From positions 65,606 to 129,605 of IMG/VR virus record IMGVR_UViG_3300028048_000075: a DNA stretch of 64,000 bases; one strand, given 5' to 3'. The stretch comes from a virus (Duplodnaviria > Caudoviricetes). Each line of letters starts with the position of its first letter. Positions within the stretch are counted from its first letter, which is position 1. Under the pieces are notes generated by a model, which saw only the letters and a program-made list of their open reading frames with translations, made no database searches and had not been told where the DNA came from. This document shows positions 49,875-59,281 of this stretch, piece after piece. The translations under genes and the position numbers were made by a program.

Positions 49875-51962
49875 ATGGCACAAACGCTGATTGATATGTA
49901 TAAAAGCAAAATGAAATCAGTTATCATGACTACGTATAATGGTCAAATAAATGAAAAGTTCGTTGATGATTATCTTGAAAAGATTGTTTCTCCATCTAGA
50001 AACAAAAAGATTATTGCAAATGTTAGAAACTTGTATAAGTATATCTATCATGCACAAATCGAGGTTAATGACATTTTGGAAGATGTTGAAGATGAGAATC
50101 TTAATATCTTATCAAATGGTTTGTTTACAACTAATGAAAAACCAGTAAACTACTTTATCATTGATGAACAAATGGCTAACCGTGCACATTATAAGAAATT
50201 GATGCTTAAAGCCAAAGAGAATAACGATGATGATAATTTCATCTATTACAATAACATGCAGAATAAAGTAAAAGCTGATACAAACTCAATTTATGGAGCA
50301 GCAACAATGCCTAGAGGCTTTATATCTAACGTTGATATGGGTAGTGCAATTACAGCACAAGCTAGAAACTTCATATCAGAAATGGTATGGAATATCGAAC
50401 GTTTCTTAGGTGGTAATTATACTTTTGAAGATATTGACGAAATCTATTCGTGGTTTGATGAACTATTCAAAATGAAAGCTTCGTTGGATTATGATAAAGG
50501 ACTTGATTCTTATATAACGTACATTCCAACAGCGGATGATTGTAGAAAGAAGTTTATCTATTCTACAAGAGATGTTATTGGCATTCGTAAAGATATAAAA
50601 GAAATGAATAGAACAAATTTCATGTTTTTCGAAATGATGCCAGATTGGAAAAGAATTTTCTATTATTATTCTTATAATCCTTTAGCTTTGATTCAGAAAA
50701 ATAGAAAGATTGCTGAAATAATGTACAAAATCATTAATTCAAAATACAAATACATAAATCCATATGTATTTGATAAACTTTCTGAACATGCTACGTTCGA
50801 TGAAGTTAAAGAACACTTTATTAAACAGGAATACTCCGTAGAGGATGCAACAGACATAGCAGAGTTCTTTATGGATCTTTCAATACTTAGAAAATTGATG
50901 AAAGTATTCTGTTTTGCGACGATTTGTATATCAAATCGTGTAGTCAAATACGAAAATCGTAAACGTAAAGTCTGTGTTATTGGAGATACTGATTCAACAA
51001 TGCCATCATTCTATGAAATAGTTTACGAGACATTGAAAATGTTTAATATGGAAGATGCGTTTGAAAACAATGATATTCAAATTCGTCTTACTATGGCTTA
51101 TGTAACGATAGTATCAGATCTTATGTCTGAAGCATGTCTTACATTTGTCAAAAACTGTAATCAGTATAATCCTGACGATACGTTCTATATGTTTATGAAA
51201 AACGAATTCTTCTTCCCCATTGTATTGCTTTATAATGTTAAGAAGAATTATATCGGTATTCAAACTATTCAGGAAGGAAAAATGCTTCCACCTGAGAAAC
51301 AACTAGCTATTACAGGTAGATCATTGGGTTCATCTGGACTTAATGAATATGTTTCTGGAGAAATTCTGAAGATTATAAGTGAAGAAGTTCTTAGATCTAA
51401 AGAATATAATCCATTGACAGTTTATAAACGAGTTATGGATATTCGTAAACACATTGCAGAAGAAATTCGTAATGGTGATTTTACATTTGGCGTATATGCA
51501 ACTTATAATGGTGCAGACAATATTAAAGATCCAGAAACAACATCTAATGTTAGAGCAGCTTTAATATGGAATGAACTTTATCCTGAAGATTATATATCTC
51601 CAGGTGACAAGATTTATGTGTTTGATACTTCTTTGGTATCAGAAAGCGATCTTGATCGTATTCCTGATAATACCGAGGAAAATATAGAAATTAAAAGGAG
51701 GCTTAGAGAAGTAGTATTTAAACCACATGGTAAATATGATTTTTCTAGATTTGGGTGTAAATCATTTGCAATGCCTGCTTACGGAGACACTAGAAAGATC
51801 CCAGATTGGATTTTACCATTCATTATTGTCGACAACTTGTGTGAAAAGCATTTACAACCTGTAATTGCATTATTTCCATCATTGTTGTTGTCTCCAGCTT
51901 CATATGTGAATGCTGGTAGTAGCACTAAGAAACTTGGGGTATCATCTTTGATACAATTCTAA
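49875..51962 (+). CDS. family B DNA polymerase, polymerase-domain subunit of a split enzyme (phiKZ gp50-like)
   Basis: Motif B QNKVKADTNSIYG, AITAQAR, motif C IGDTDS, KNEF, KKNY; GAGG RBS; early-type promoter near 49825. Confidence 0.9.
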   Translation: MAQTLIDMYKSKMKSVIMTTYNGQINEKFVDDYLEKIVSPSRNKKIIANVRNLYKYIYHAQIEVNDILEDVEDENLNILSNGLFTTNEKPVNYFIIDEQMANRAHYKKLMLKAKENNDDDNFIYYNNMQNKVKADTNSIYGAATMPRGFISNVDMGSAITAQARNFISEMVWNIERFLGGNYTFEDIDEIYSWFDELFKMKASLDYDKGLDSYITYIPTADDCRKKFIYSTRDVIGIRKDIKEMNRTNFMFFEMMPDWKRIFYYYSYNPLALIQKNRKIAEIMYKIINSKYKYINPYVFDKLSEHATFDEVKEHFIKQEYSVEDATDIAEFFMDLSILRKLMKVFCFATICISNRVVKYENRKRKVCVIGDTDSTMPSFYEIVYETLKMFNMEDAFENNDIQIRLTMAYVTIVSDLMSEACLTFVKNCNQYNPDDTFYMFMKNEFFFPIVLLYNVKKNYIGIQTIQEGKMLPPEKQLAITGRSLGSSGLNEYVSGEILKIISEEVLRSKEYNPLTVYKRVMDIRKHIAEEIRNGDFTFGVYATYNGADNIKDPETTSNVRAALIWNELYPEDYISPGDKIYVFDTSLVSESDLDRIPDNTEENIEIKRRLREVVFKPHGKYDFSRFGCKSFAMPAYGDTRKIPDWILPFIIVDNLCEKHLQPVIALFPSLLLSPASYVNAGSSTKKLGVSSLIQF

Positions 51963-51978
51963 GGGAGGTTAACAGAAT

Positions 51979-52938
51979 ATGGGTCAACACAGTAATCCAT
52001 CTAGTCGATATAAGAATCGCAGAAATCAGTCTAAGAAAAACGAAGAAATGATGTATTCTAGACAAAAGAAACGTAAAGAACTGGAAAAACAGAAGAAGAA
52101 AACCGAACGAAAGTTCGAGAAAAAGAAAATTACACCTAGTTTTCCTGAAGAATTTAACATCGTTAATACGACTTCTACAGATTGTTTGTATCTGAGAATT
52201 CCTGTTAAATGGAGTCTTTTCGGTAAACTTAAAGACAGAAGTCAAATACTTTTCAACAATGTTCTTACAAAGAACTTTACTTATATCGGTGGTTGTAAAA
52301 CTATCGAGAAAATATATGAAGCGGACTTTGATTTGAATCATGTAAGACGTAAGGATTTGCTATTGGATTTTAGTAAGAAATCTAAACATATTATATCAAA
52401 CATGGCAGCTCCAACCGCTTACGCAAAAAATAATCTTAAAGCTTTCACATACAAACATGGAAAGACTTGGTATATTTATTTCCCATTGAGATTGGAGAAA
52501 CTATTTATAACAAATCTTTCTTGGTATAATGCAATCACAAATTACATTGAACTCAAGACTCATGTCTATGATCAATATAGTACTAAAAAGTACAAGATTA
52601 AAGGACATGATCGACGATGTCATTTGGATCTGGCATTGGTATATAACATTGGAGATATTAAACGTGGACCATCCGTCTATCACTTAGACAATATTTATCC
52701 GAAAGTTATCAAAAGTGAAGATGACAAACGTGATATAAATTGTATATACAGAATATACACTTATGAGGAACATGATCTTGCAGATCCTGAAATGAGTGCT
52801 CTGAAAGACAAATCTGGTTATTCATCAAACATTAAACCAAATATACCAGAAAGACTTTATGTATATGCTATCCCGAATGTAGTTCGGTATAAAAGACCGT
52901 TCAATAGGGATAAGCTACCAAAAGAATTGCGTAAGTAA
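51979..52938 (+). CDS. basic hypothetical protein
   Basis: GGAGG RBS; K/R-rich N-terminus. Confidence 0.75.
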   Translation: MGQHSNPSSRYKNRRNQSKKNEEMMYSRQKKRKELEKQKKKTERKFEKKKITPSFPEEFNIVNTTSTDCLYLRIPVKWSLFGKLKDRSQILFNNVLTKNFTYIGGCKTIEKIYEADFDLNHVRRKDLLLDFSKKSKHIISNMAAPTAYAKNNLKAFTYKHGKTWYIYFPLRLEKLFITNLSWYNAITNYIELKTHVYDQYSTKKYKIKGHDRRCHLDLALVYNIGDIKRGPSVYHLDNIYPKVIKSEDDKRDINCIYRIYTYEEHDLADPEMSALKDKSGYSSNIKPNIPERLYVYAIPNVVRYKRPFNRDKLPKELRK

Positions 52939-53011
52939 TGTTTGATAATACCAGGATGTGTTTTCATCCTGGTATTTTTGTTTATATATTCTCATAGTGG
53001 AGGAGAAAAGC

Positions 53012-54340
53012 ATGAACATTACTTCTTATTTTGCTAATAGGGGTGAATTTAACCCAGATAGCCTTAAAGTTCTTAACGAACAATTAAAAAGCATTGGATA
53101 CGAAAGTGTTAATCGTGAAATGAATCTTTTCGTAAAAGAGATGCAAGATGTTCACGGTATAAAAGGGAATAACGTTATTACTAAAGTAGGTTCTCTTATA
53201 ACAAACTATTCGATTTATAGAACACACAAAAATTACAGAGTTTTTGATAAAACGGTATATTTGTGTGATATAGAATTCCCGAATGCGTTTTCAACAGACA
53301 TTATAAAGAAGTCTATAGAACCATTTCTACAAGTTTCTACATTAAAACCAAATTATGCATTTGCTGTAAGACATGTTGAAACTGAAGATGGCAATGCGTT
53401 TGATTTAGGATTGACGATGGTCGATCTATCAATAAATAATGATGGTTTGGGTATATTGAATTTCTCAAATGCTAATGAAACACATTCTTTAGATAGTAAA
53501 ATAGCTAAAGAAATAGTATTTGAAAATTTGTATAATCCGAAACATTATTCTGTAAAAGAATCAAAACTGAGATGGAATATTGAAAAAGAATCTAGAGAAG
53601 GACCATTGTGTGATTTTGTAGATGATACAACAAAAATCATTTACAATAAACTCGGTTATATGTCTTTGGAAAACTTTTTCAATGATAAAAAAGATGATGG
53701 AATTATAGTTGATAAACGAACTGTAGCTATCGGAGATTATATGAGCTCGTTCTTTAATAAGTTCTTGTTCTTAGAATTCGACAACATCGAGTTTGTTTAT
53801 AATACTAGTATTTCGTCACCGTTAAATATAACAAAGCTTAAAACATTTGCTAAGTTCAACGACGAAATCAACGATTGGTACATTGAAAACTTACTGTCCG
53901 ATATTCATTCTTGTGTAAACAATTTGAAGAATGCGTTAAATGAAGACTTTTATATTATAACAAACATTACAAAACAATTTATTTATGTTACGATAACATT
54001 CTTTAAGGATAAAAGAGAAATACGTATAACGAAACCATTATCGATGATGTATGCTGAATTTGCATTAGATTGCGAAATGTTTGCAGATGATGTAGATGCA
54101 CATGCAGAAATCGTTAAGAATGATATGATTGAACAGTCATGTAGAGGAGCTTTGGAGAACTTAGAGTTTGCAAGAAACATAAGTTCAGCTATTCAGTTAG
54201 TAGATCAAGCTACTCAGAAAATCAAGATGAAGATGTTGGAGAATCAAGCAAATGTGGAAAGATTGTTGGATAAAAGATTAGAAAGAGGTAAACTAGATTG
54301 GGACGACCGAGAAAGATACCTAAACAGTCCAAAGCCTTAA
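53012..54340 (+). CDS. hypothetical protein
   Basis: GGAGG RBS; early-type motif at 52982. Confidence 0.8.
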   Translation: MNITSYFANRGEFNPDSLKVLNEQLKSIGYESVNREMNLFVKEMQDVHGIKGNNVITKVGSLITNYSIYRTHKNYRVFDKTVYLCDIEFPNAFSTDIIKKSIEPFLQVSTLKPNYAFAVRHVETEDGNAFDLGLTMVDLSINNDGLGILNFSNANETHSLDSKIAKEIVFENLYNPKHYSVKESKLRWNIEKESREGPLCDFVDDTTKIIYNKLGYMSLENFFNDKKDDGIIVDKRTVAIGDYMSSFFNKFLFLEFDNIEFVYNTSISSPLNITKLKTFAKFNDEINDWYIENLLSDIHSCVNNLKNALNEDFYIITNITKQFIYVTITFFKDKREIRITKPLSMMYAEFALDCEMFADDVDAHAEIVKNDMIEQSCRGALENLEFARNISSAIQLVDQATQKIKMKMLENQANVERLLDKRLERGKLDWDDRERYLNSPKP

Positions 54341-54684
54341 AATATTTCTACTTGTTTGAAGTGAATTTTAAAGGAAACCCTACACTGAAATTCGGAATTT
54401 CAAATAACGTCTACCGTAGAGCTAGAGAATACAATAACTCTACTACGGTAGGTTATCTGAGGAATATACTTACGGTATATAAGTGTTCTAATCCAAAACG
54501 TTTGGAAACAATACTTAAATACTATATGCCTCAGGTAACCAAAGACGTTTATAAACAAGAATATTACGATTTGAAATATTATGACTTTATTAAGAATAAA
54601 GTCAACGAATTGGCAAAACAGTTCGGTTATAATTTGCAAGAAATAGATTTTTATGCTGAACGTGAGCGATTAATAAAAAAATAA
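54298..54684 (+). CDS. T5orf172 / GIY-YIG-like nuclease domain protein
   Basis: YFYLF...LKFGIS..VYRRAREY...LETILK...EYY; TTG start overlapping the upstream gene. Confidence 0.7.
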   Translation: MGRPRKIPKQSKALKYFYLFEVNFKGNPTLKFGISNNVYRRAREYNNSTTVGYLRNILTVYKCSNPKRLETILKYYMPQVTKDVYKQEYYDLKYYDFIKNKVNELAKQFGYNLQEIDFYAERERLIKK

Positions 54685-54729
54685 AATAGGGCTCATAATA
54701 TTATATAGAAGATATTTGGAGGTATCTTT

Positions 54730-54921
54730 ATGCTTGAAAACAAAGAAAACTATGAAACCATTGCTAGAAGCAATGAATCTATTAGAGATAGAATGGATGG
54801 AACTCTTCAGGAGCCTCAGAAAGTTTGTTCTACAGAGAATAAACCATGTGACGGATCTTGCGGATGTGGTGGAAATAATTATCAGAGATCTTCAGAAGAT
54901 CATAGCATGTCGAGAGGTTAA
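54730..54921 (+). CDS. small Cys-rich protein, 63 aa
   Basis: GGAGG RBS; VC....KPCDGSCGCGG. Confidence 0.7.
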   Translation: MLENKENYETIARSNESIRDRMDGTLQEPQKVCSTENKPCDGSCGCGGNNYQRSSEDHSMSRG

Positions 54922-54925
54922 TTAA

Positions 54926-55504
54926 ATGATAGAATGTTGTGAAGAAGCAGATGATGAAATGCGCGAAATGCCTGAAATGACTGATGAAGAAGTAATCGAA
55001 GAAAGAGTTAAACATTATAAAAAACGTTTAACTAAATGTTTGGAAACTAAAAAACGTGCAGAATTAATCAAAATTGCACAGCAAAAATTTATTGACGAAA
55101 ATAAAGATTTGATCAAAGAATGTGATGAAAAAGGTGTATCATTACCATTCGATTTACGTTTTATTTATCCTGAAGAAGTAATCGACGAAGATGAAGATCC
55201 CAAAAGTGCAGATGATCGTTTACACGATTTATGGGAAGAAAAATACACGTGGTTAACAGATGAAGAAATCGAATCAATGAAACAGCAGGTTTTTAAATAT
55301 CATGAACGTCAGAAAGAAATCATTAATGAACACTTCTGTCATGTAAATGATAAAAAATATCTACCTGGACAGTTAAATGCATTGATTGATGAATATGCAT
55401 CTATCGAAAAATTAAAACTTGTTCTTGTTGATAGAATTCGTAGTAATGTTATGAAACGAGACATCAAACTTTCTCATCAACAGTTTGCATTATCAAATAA
55501 CTAA
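54926..55504 (+). CDS. hypothetical acidic protein
   Basis: GAGG RBS; 192-aa ORF. Confidence 0.75.
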   Translation: MIECCEEADDEMREMPEMTDEEVIEERVKHYKKRLTKCLETKKRAELIKIAQQKFIDENKDLIKECDEKGVSLPFDLRFIYPEEVIDEDEDPKSADDRLHDLWEEKYTWLTDEEIESMKQQVFKYHERQKEIINEHFCHVNDKKYLPGQLNALIDEYASIEKLKLVLVDRIRSNVMKRDIKLSHQQFALSNN

Positions 55505-55516
55505 AGGAGCAAATAA

Positions 55517-56236
55517 ATGGCAGAAGAGAAGAAGAAGTACAATGATTATCATCTGAATGTACAGATGAGCAGAACGTTCTTTTCGTACAAGAAACCTGGC
55601 GATGGTGGAGCATATGCTCTAATGTACGTTACTTATTACAATGGAATGATTTCACTTCATTTCAAACGTGGTATAACATCAGAAAACGTTTTGGATCTCA
55701 ACTGTTATTTGAACGATGGCAAGGCTTATGACCTTTCAAGACTTCTTGAAGGAATTATGGGTAGACGTCGTGTCGCATATGAAAATGGTCAGATGTATGA
55801 CGCAGATGATGTTATCCGTGTTCCAACAACATCTTTCAGAGATGGAAAAGAAGTTGCTACTGGAGTTCTTGTAATTGATACAGAAATGTATGACGGAATT
55901 CCTAGAATTCGTGTTTCTTACACAGATTCTGAAAAGAACGAAACTATCGAAATTGTATTCAATTCAAGGGTTCCAAGTGGTCCAATTGAGGCTAAATGTA
56001 AGGCAAATATGATCGATTATGCTGATATTCAAGCATTCGAATTCGTAAACGTTCTTAAAGAGCTTCAGAATCCTATGGTACCGATTATGTATCGTATCCA
56101 GGATGCAGCAGTTGGAAGTCTTTCAAGATTTATTAAATCTTGTCTTGGTGGTGGAAACAGAAACAACTCTAATCCTACCTACAATCAGAATGTTGGCCCT
56201 CAGACCCAGTCATGGGAAACTGATGAGCCATTCTAA
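55517..56236 (+). CDS. putative ssDNA-binding protein
   Basis: AAGGAG RBS; beta-rich core, G/N/Q linker and SSB-like C-terminal ETDEPF. Confidence 0.5.
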   Translation: MAEEKKKYNDYHLNVQMSRTFFSYKKPGDGGAYALMYVTYYNGMISLHFKRGITSENVLDLNCYLNDGKAYDLSRLLEGIMGRRRVAYENGQMYDADDVIRVPTTSFRDGKEVATGVLVIDTEMYDGIPRIRVSYTDSEKNETIEIVFNSRVPSGPIEAKCKANMIDYADIQAFEFVNVLKELQNPMVPIMYRIQDAAVGSLSRFIKSCLGGGNRNNSNPTYNQNVGPQTQSWETDEPF

Positions 56237-56303
56237 CCAATAACTTAAACATCCCAGACCACAATTAGCAATAGTTGTGGTCTTTTTTTTTGGAGATTAA
56301 TAA

Positions 56304-58433
56304 ATGGCTGAAATTGAAAATCCTAATCAGGCATCGGATGACGATTTTTTGAGAATGATGGGTGGTTCTATAGCAAATGCTATGACCTCAGAAGAAGAAA
56401 AACGTCAAATGTTAAAAGGTCAGTTGGCTTTAAAACAAAGAGAAGAACAAGAAGCTAACGCTAAAGAAGAAAAACAAAATAACATTGAAAATAAACCTGA
56501 AGAAAAATTTGCTGATTCTATGGAATCCAATATGGCTACAGGTACAAATATATCCGAAGAAACACCAAAAGTTGAAGATAAACCTGTGAAAGAAGTTAAA
56601 ATAGAAGACATCGGCATTAGTAGCATTCAGGTTGTTGACAACTCTATTGCTACCGTTGCTGCTACAACCGCTCATAACATTCTTCCTTCACTTCATCCTG
56701 TTTTCTCATCCGACGGTAAAGAATCTCTTCCAGAAGAACCAGAACCTGGAGTTAAAGAAGAAACTGTTCCTGAACCTGAACCACAGGTAGAAGAAAAACC
56801 TAAGAAAACTTCTAATAAATCAAAGAAGAATTCATCTAAAGAAAAAACTGTTGAAATCGTTTCTCCTGAAGCTGCAGCAGAAATTAAAGCTAAGCAGTCT
56901 AAGCCTAAAACTGTAATTCCTAAGAGTGTCGACATTGTAGACGATTTTGATGCAAAAGTTCGCCAATCAAATAGGGCTTATAGTGATGAAGAACTTGTTA
57001 ATCAGGCTCAGGAAGATTCAGGTTACATTTCGGATGATGAAGTAAATAAAATTATTGATGATTCATACGACATGGATGAAACCGTCGATGTAAGTGACAT
57101 TAATGTTACTGTAGTAGACGATGTTGCTTCTGAAAAACCTGAAGAAACTAAAACTGAAACAACGGAAAAGAAAACCACTAAGAAGCCTACTAAGAAACAG
57201 GTTACTTATTATGGTGGAGATGGTAAACAGAGCGCATTCAAAGTAAGAACTGCTAAGATTTCTAATGTATTGAGAAACATCAAGATAAATAATACAGAAG
57301 AAATCAATTCTACAAGTATCGAATCAAAAAATACAAAAGATAGACAAGATATCTATCTTAAAACAGTTCTTCCAACACTACAACCATCAATTTCTGTAGT
57401 TCCTATGATTATTTCTGGTGTTGTCATTAGTATGACAGCATTTACATGGCCGGATATTCGTGAAATTATTCTTATCGAAGACAAGATCGAAGATCTTGAT
57501 CCAGATTCCAATGATTATATTTACGATAAAAACAAATACTTTATTGATAAACGTCGTAAGGAACTTGAATTGCTTTATAAGCATATCAATAGTGTATCTG
57601 GTTATGCTATTAAACCTTCTTTTGATGATCTTTTTGGTAAGATTCTTAAATTCCCTGATTTCCAGCAGCTATTCTTTGCAGCTTATTCAGCAAGCTTCTT
57701 GAAACCATATAACTTCAATATCACTTGTGGAACTTGTGGTACTGATAATGAAAAGATGGTTAATTCTAAAGATCTTTGCTTCTTGCTCAATAGCAATATC
57801 AACATTAATCAGTTGAATTATTATATTGAGAAAGGTGCTGTTATGGATAACAGTGTATCCGGAAAAGTTTATGCTGATTTCCAGAAAGAAAAACTTGTAG
57901 AAATGGCAAATTCTGTTTATAGAACTAAACAGAAACTTCCTGTTTCTTCATTTATTTTCGACCTTAAGATTCCTACTATACTTGAAGCTCTCGATACTAT
58001 GGCTGAGATTATTGAAGTATTCCGTGATAAAGATCTGTCATTTACTGATAGAAATACAGGAAACTCAGTATTTGTAGATAGTTCATTTGGTCTTACAGAA
58101 GATCTTATGAATCTCCGCAAGTATCTTTACATTCATAAGCTTATTGTTGCTCAAGTTGTTGATGAAAACAAAGAAGAAAAGACTGCTAAAGTCACATTTG
58201 TAGACTTCGAAGAAAAACAGGCAATTATCAACACGATTTATAGCTTGTCTCCAGAAGATTACGTAACTCTTATGAATGATGAAAATCTTAAGAAGCTTGT
58301 ACATGTATCAGGTATTCGTCACGCTATTAATGGCGGAAAATGTGGAGAACCTACATGTGGAGCCGAATTAGGAAATATCCCAGTAGAACCAGAGATGCTT
58401 TTTTTTACGATCGCGCGGCGAGAATACGTATAG
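56304..58433 (+). CDS. putative tail/baseplate assembly chaperone with acidic disordered N-half and Cys pairs
   Basis: GGAG RBS; CGTC and CGEPTC; ends just after a T8 slippery site (EMLFF). Confidence 0.55.
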   Translation: MAEIENPNQASDDDFLRMMGGSIANAMTSEEEKRQMLKGQLALKQREEQEANAKEEKQNNIENKPEEKFADSMESNMATGTNISEETPKVEDKPVKEVKIEDIGISSIQVVDNSIATVAATTAHNILPSLHPVFSSDGKESLPEEPEPGVKEETVPEPEPQVEEKPKKTSNKSKKNSSKEKTVEIVSPEAAAEIKAKQSKPKTVIPKSVDIVDDFDAKVRQSNRAYSDEELVNQAQEDSGYISDDEVNKIIDDSYDMDETVDVSDINVTVVDDVASEKPEETKTETTEKKTTKKPTKKQVTYYGGDGKQSAFKVRTAKISNVLRNIKINNTEEINSTSIESKNTKDRQDIYLKTVLPTLQPSISVVPMIISGVVISMTAFTWPDIREIILIEDKIEDLDPDSNDYIYDKNKYFIDKRRKELELLYKHINSVSGYAIKPSFDDLFGKILKFPDFQQLFFAAYSASFLKPYNFNITCGTCGTDNEKMVNSKDLCFLLNSNININQLNYYIEKGAVMDNSVSGKVYADFQKEKLVEMANSVYRTKQKLPVSSFIFDLKIPTILEALDTMAEIIEVFRDKDLSFTDRNTGNSVFVDSSFGLTEDLMNLRKYLYIHKLIVAQVVDENKEEKTAKVTFVDFEEKQAIINTIYSLSPEDYVTLMNDENLKKLVHVSGIRHAINGGKCGEPTCGAELGNIPVEPEMLFFTIARREYV

Positions 58434-58454
58434 CAGAACGTGAATTAGCTGCGC
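58400..58454 (+). promoter_or_regulatory. -1 programmed ribosomal frameshift signal (T TTT TTT plus downstream stem-loop)
   Basis: Heptamer in phase with the upstream ORF; 6-nt spacer; GCGCGGC/GCTGCGC stem. Confidence 0.75.
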
Positions 58455-58849
58455 AAAAACGAAAATTAACGAATAATACAGAATCGGAACCAACTAAACA
58501 GTCCGTTGAAGATGTACCGTTTAAGGAGAACGGTCTCTTCAAAAGGACTAGTAATACAAGTAGTTCTAAAACTGAAGCTGTAGAACGTACTGCTATGGAT
58601 AGACAATCCGACAAAATTATGCAAAACATTCTCAATGCTTCTAAACTACTTGAAGGACGATTTACATTTGAACAATTGATAACTCTAGATATACCTACGT
58701 TTGAAAATATAGTAAACAATGAAATGGCTAATGTTGATATATCGTATAAGAACTTTAAAGAACGTGGAACTGTAAATGCTTATACAAAGAATGAACTAGA
58801 ACATCTTGATGAAAAATTTATAAAAGATCTGAATAAAAAGATCGAGTAA
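58406..58849 (+). CDS. -1 frame extension (gpT/gpE'-like) of the 56304 gene
   Basis: Open -1 frame overlapping the upstream stop; no RBS for its own ATGs. Confidence 0.65.
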   Translation, partial: YDRAARIRIAERELAAQKRKLTNNTESEPTKQSVEDVPFKENGLFKRTSNTSSSKTEAVERTAMDRQSDKIMQNILNASKLLEGRFTFEQLITLDIPTFENIVNNEMANVDISYKNFKERGTVNAYTKNELEHLDEKFIKDLNKKIE

Positions 58850-58900
58850 TCTATTGTTTGTTACAAAATGTAAATACTATGAGTATAAATTATAAGGAAC

Positions 58901-59281
58901 TTGAAAGTTAAGATGGAAGGGCCTATTTCGCTTTTCGATTTTATTGTTAGCTTAGCGGAATCTGTATTTTCACCAAATGGAAAACAAGAATCTCCGTATG
59001 ACGTTAACTTTACAAATCACTATACAAGACTCTACGATCTAGAAGAGACTTGTAGAAATGATTTTGACCAAGAGCTTAATATAACACAGATCGAACAGGA
59101 CAAAAAGACCAAGTCCATCAACGTTCGACTTAATTCAAGTCTTAATAAAAAGACTGAAGATAAATTTAAAGAATACTGCAATACACATAATGTTGAATAC
59201 AACATTTCAAAAGGAAAACTCAAAGATATAACAATCACCAAAAATACCAAAGGTGTAATGGAGGAACGTAAATGGAAATGA
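58901..59281 (+). CDS. hypothetical protein
   Basis: AAGGA upstream of TTG start; overlaps chaperonin start. Confidence 0.65.
   Translation: MKVKMEGPISLFDFIVSLAESVFSPNGKQESPYDVNFTNHYTRLYDLEETCRNDFDQELNITQIEQDKKTKSINVRLNSSLNKKTEDKFKEYCNTHNVEYNISKGKLKDITITKNTKGVMEERKWK

Noticed and set aside
1614-51962. Inteins or group I introns in RNAP, gyrase or polymerase genes
   Set aside because: ORFs are continuous; no intein terminal motifs or embedded endonucleases were seen
54298-54684. Mobile homing-endonuclease element
   Set aside because: Only a short catalytic-like domain; no intron context or DNA-binding extension, so kept as a plain CDS
58340-58405. Independent start (MWRTYMWS) for the 58340 ORF
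   Set aside because: No RBS and lies inside the upstream CDS; frameshift entry fits better
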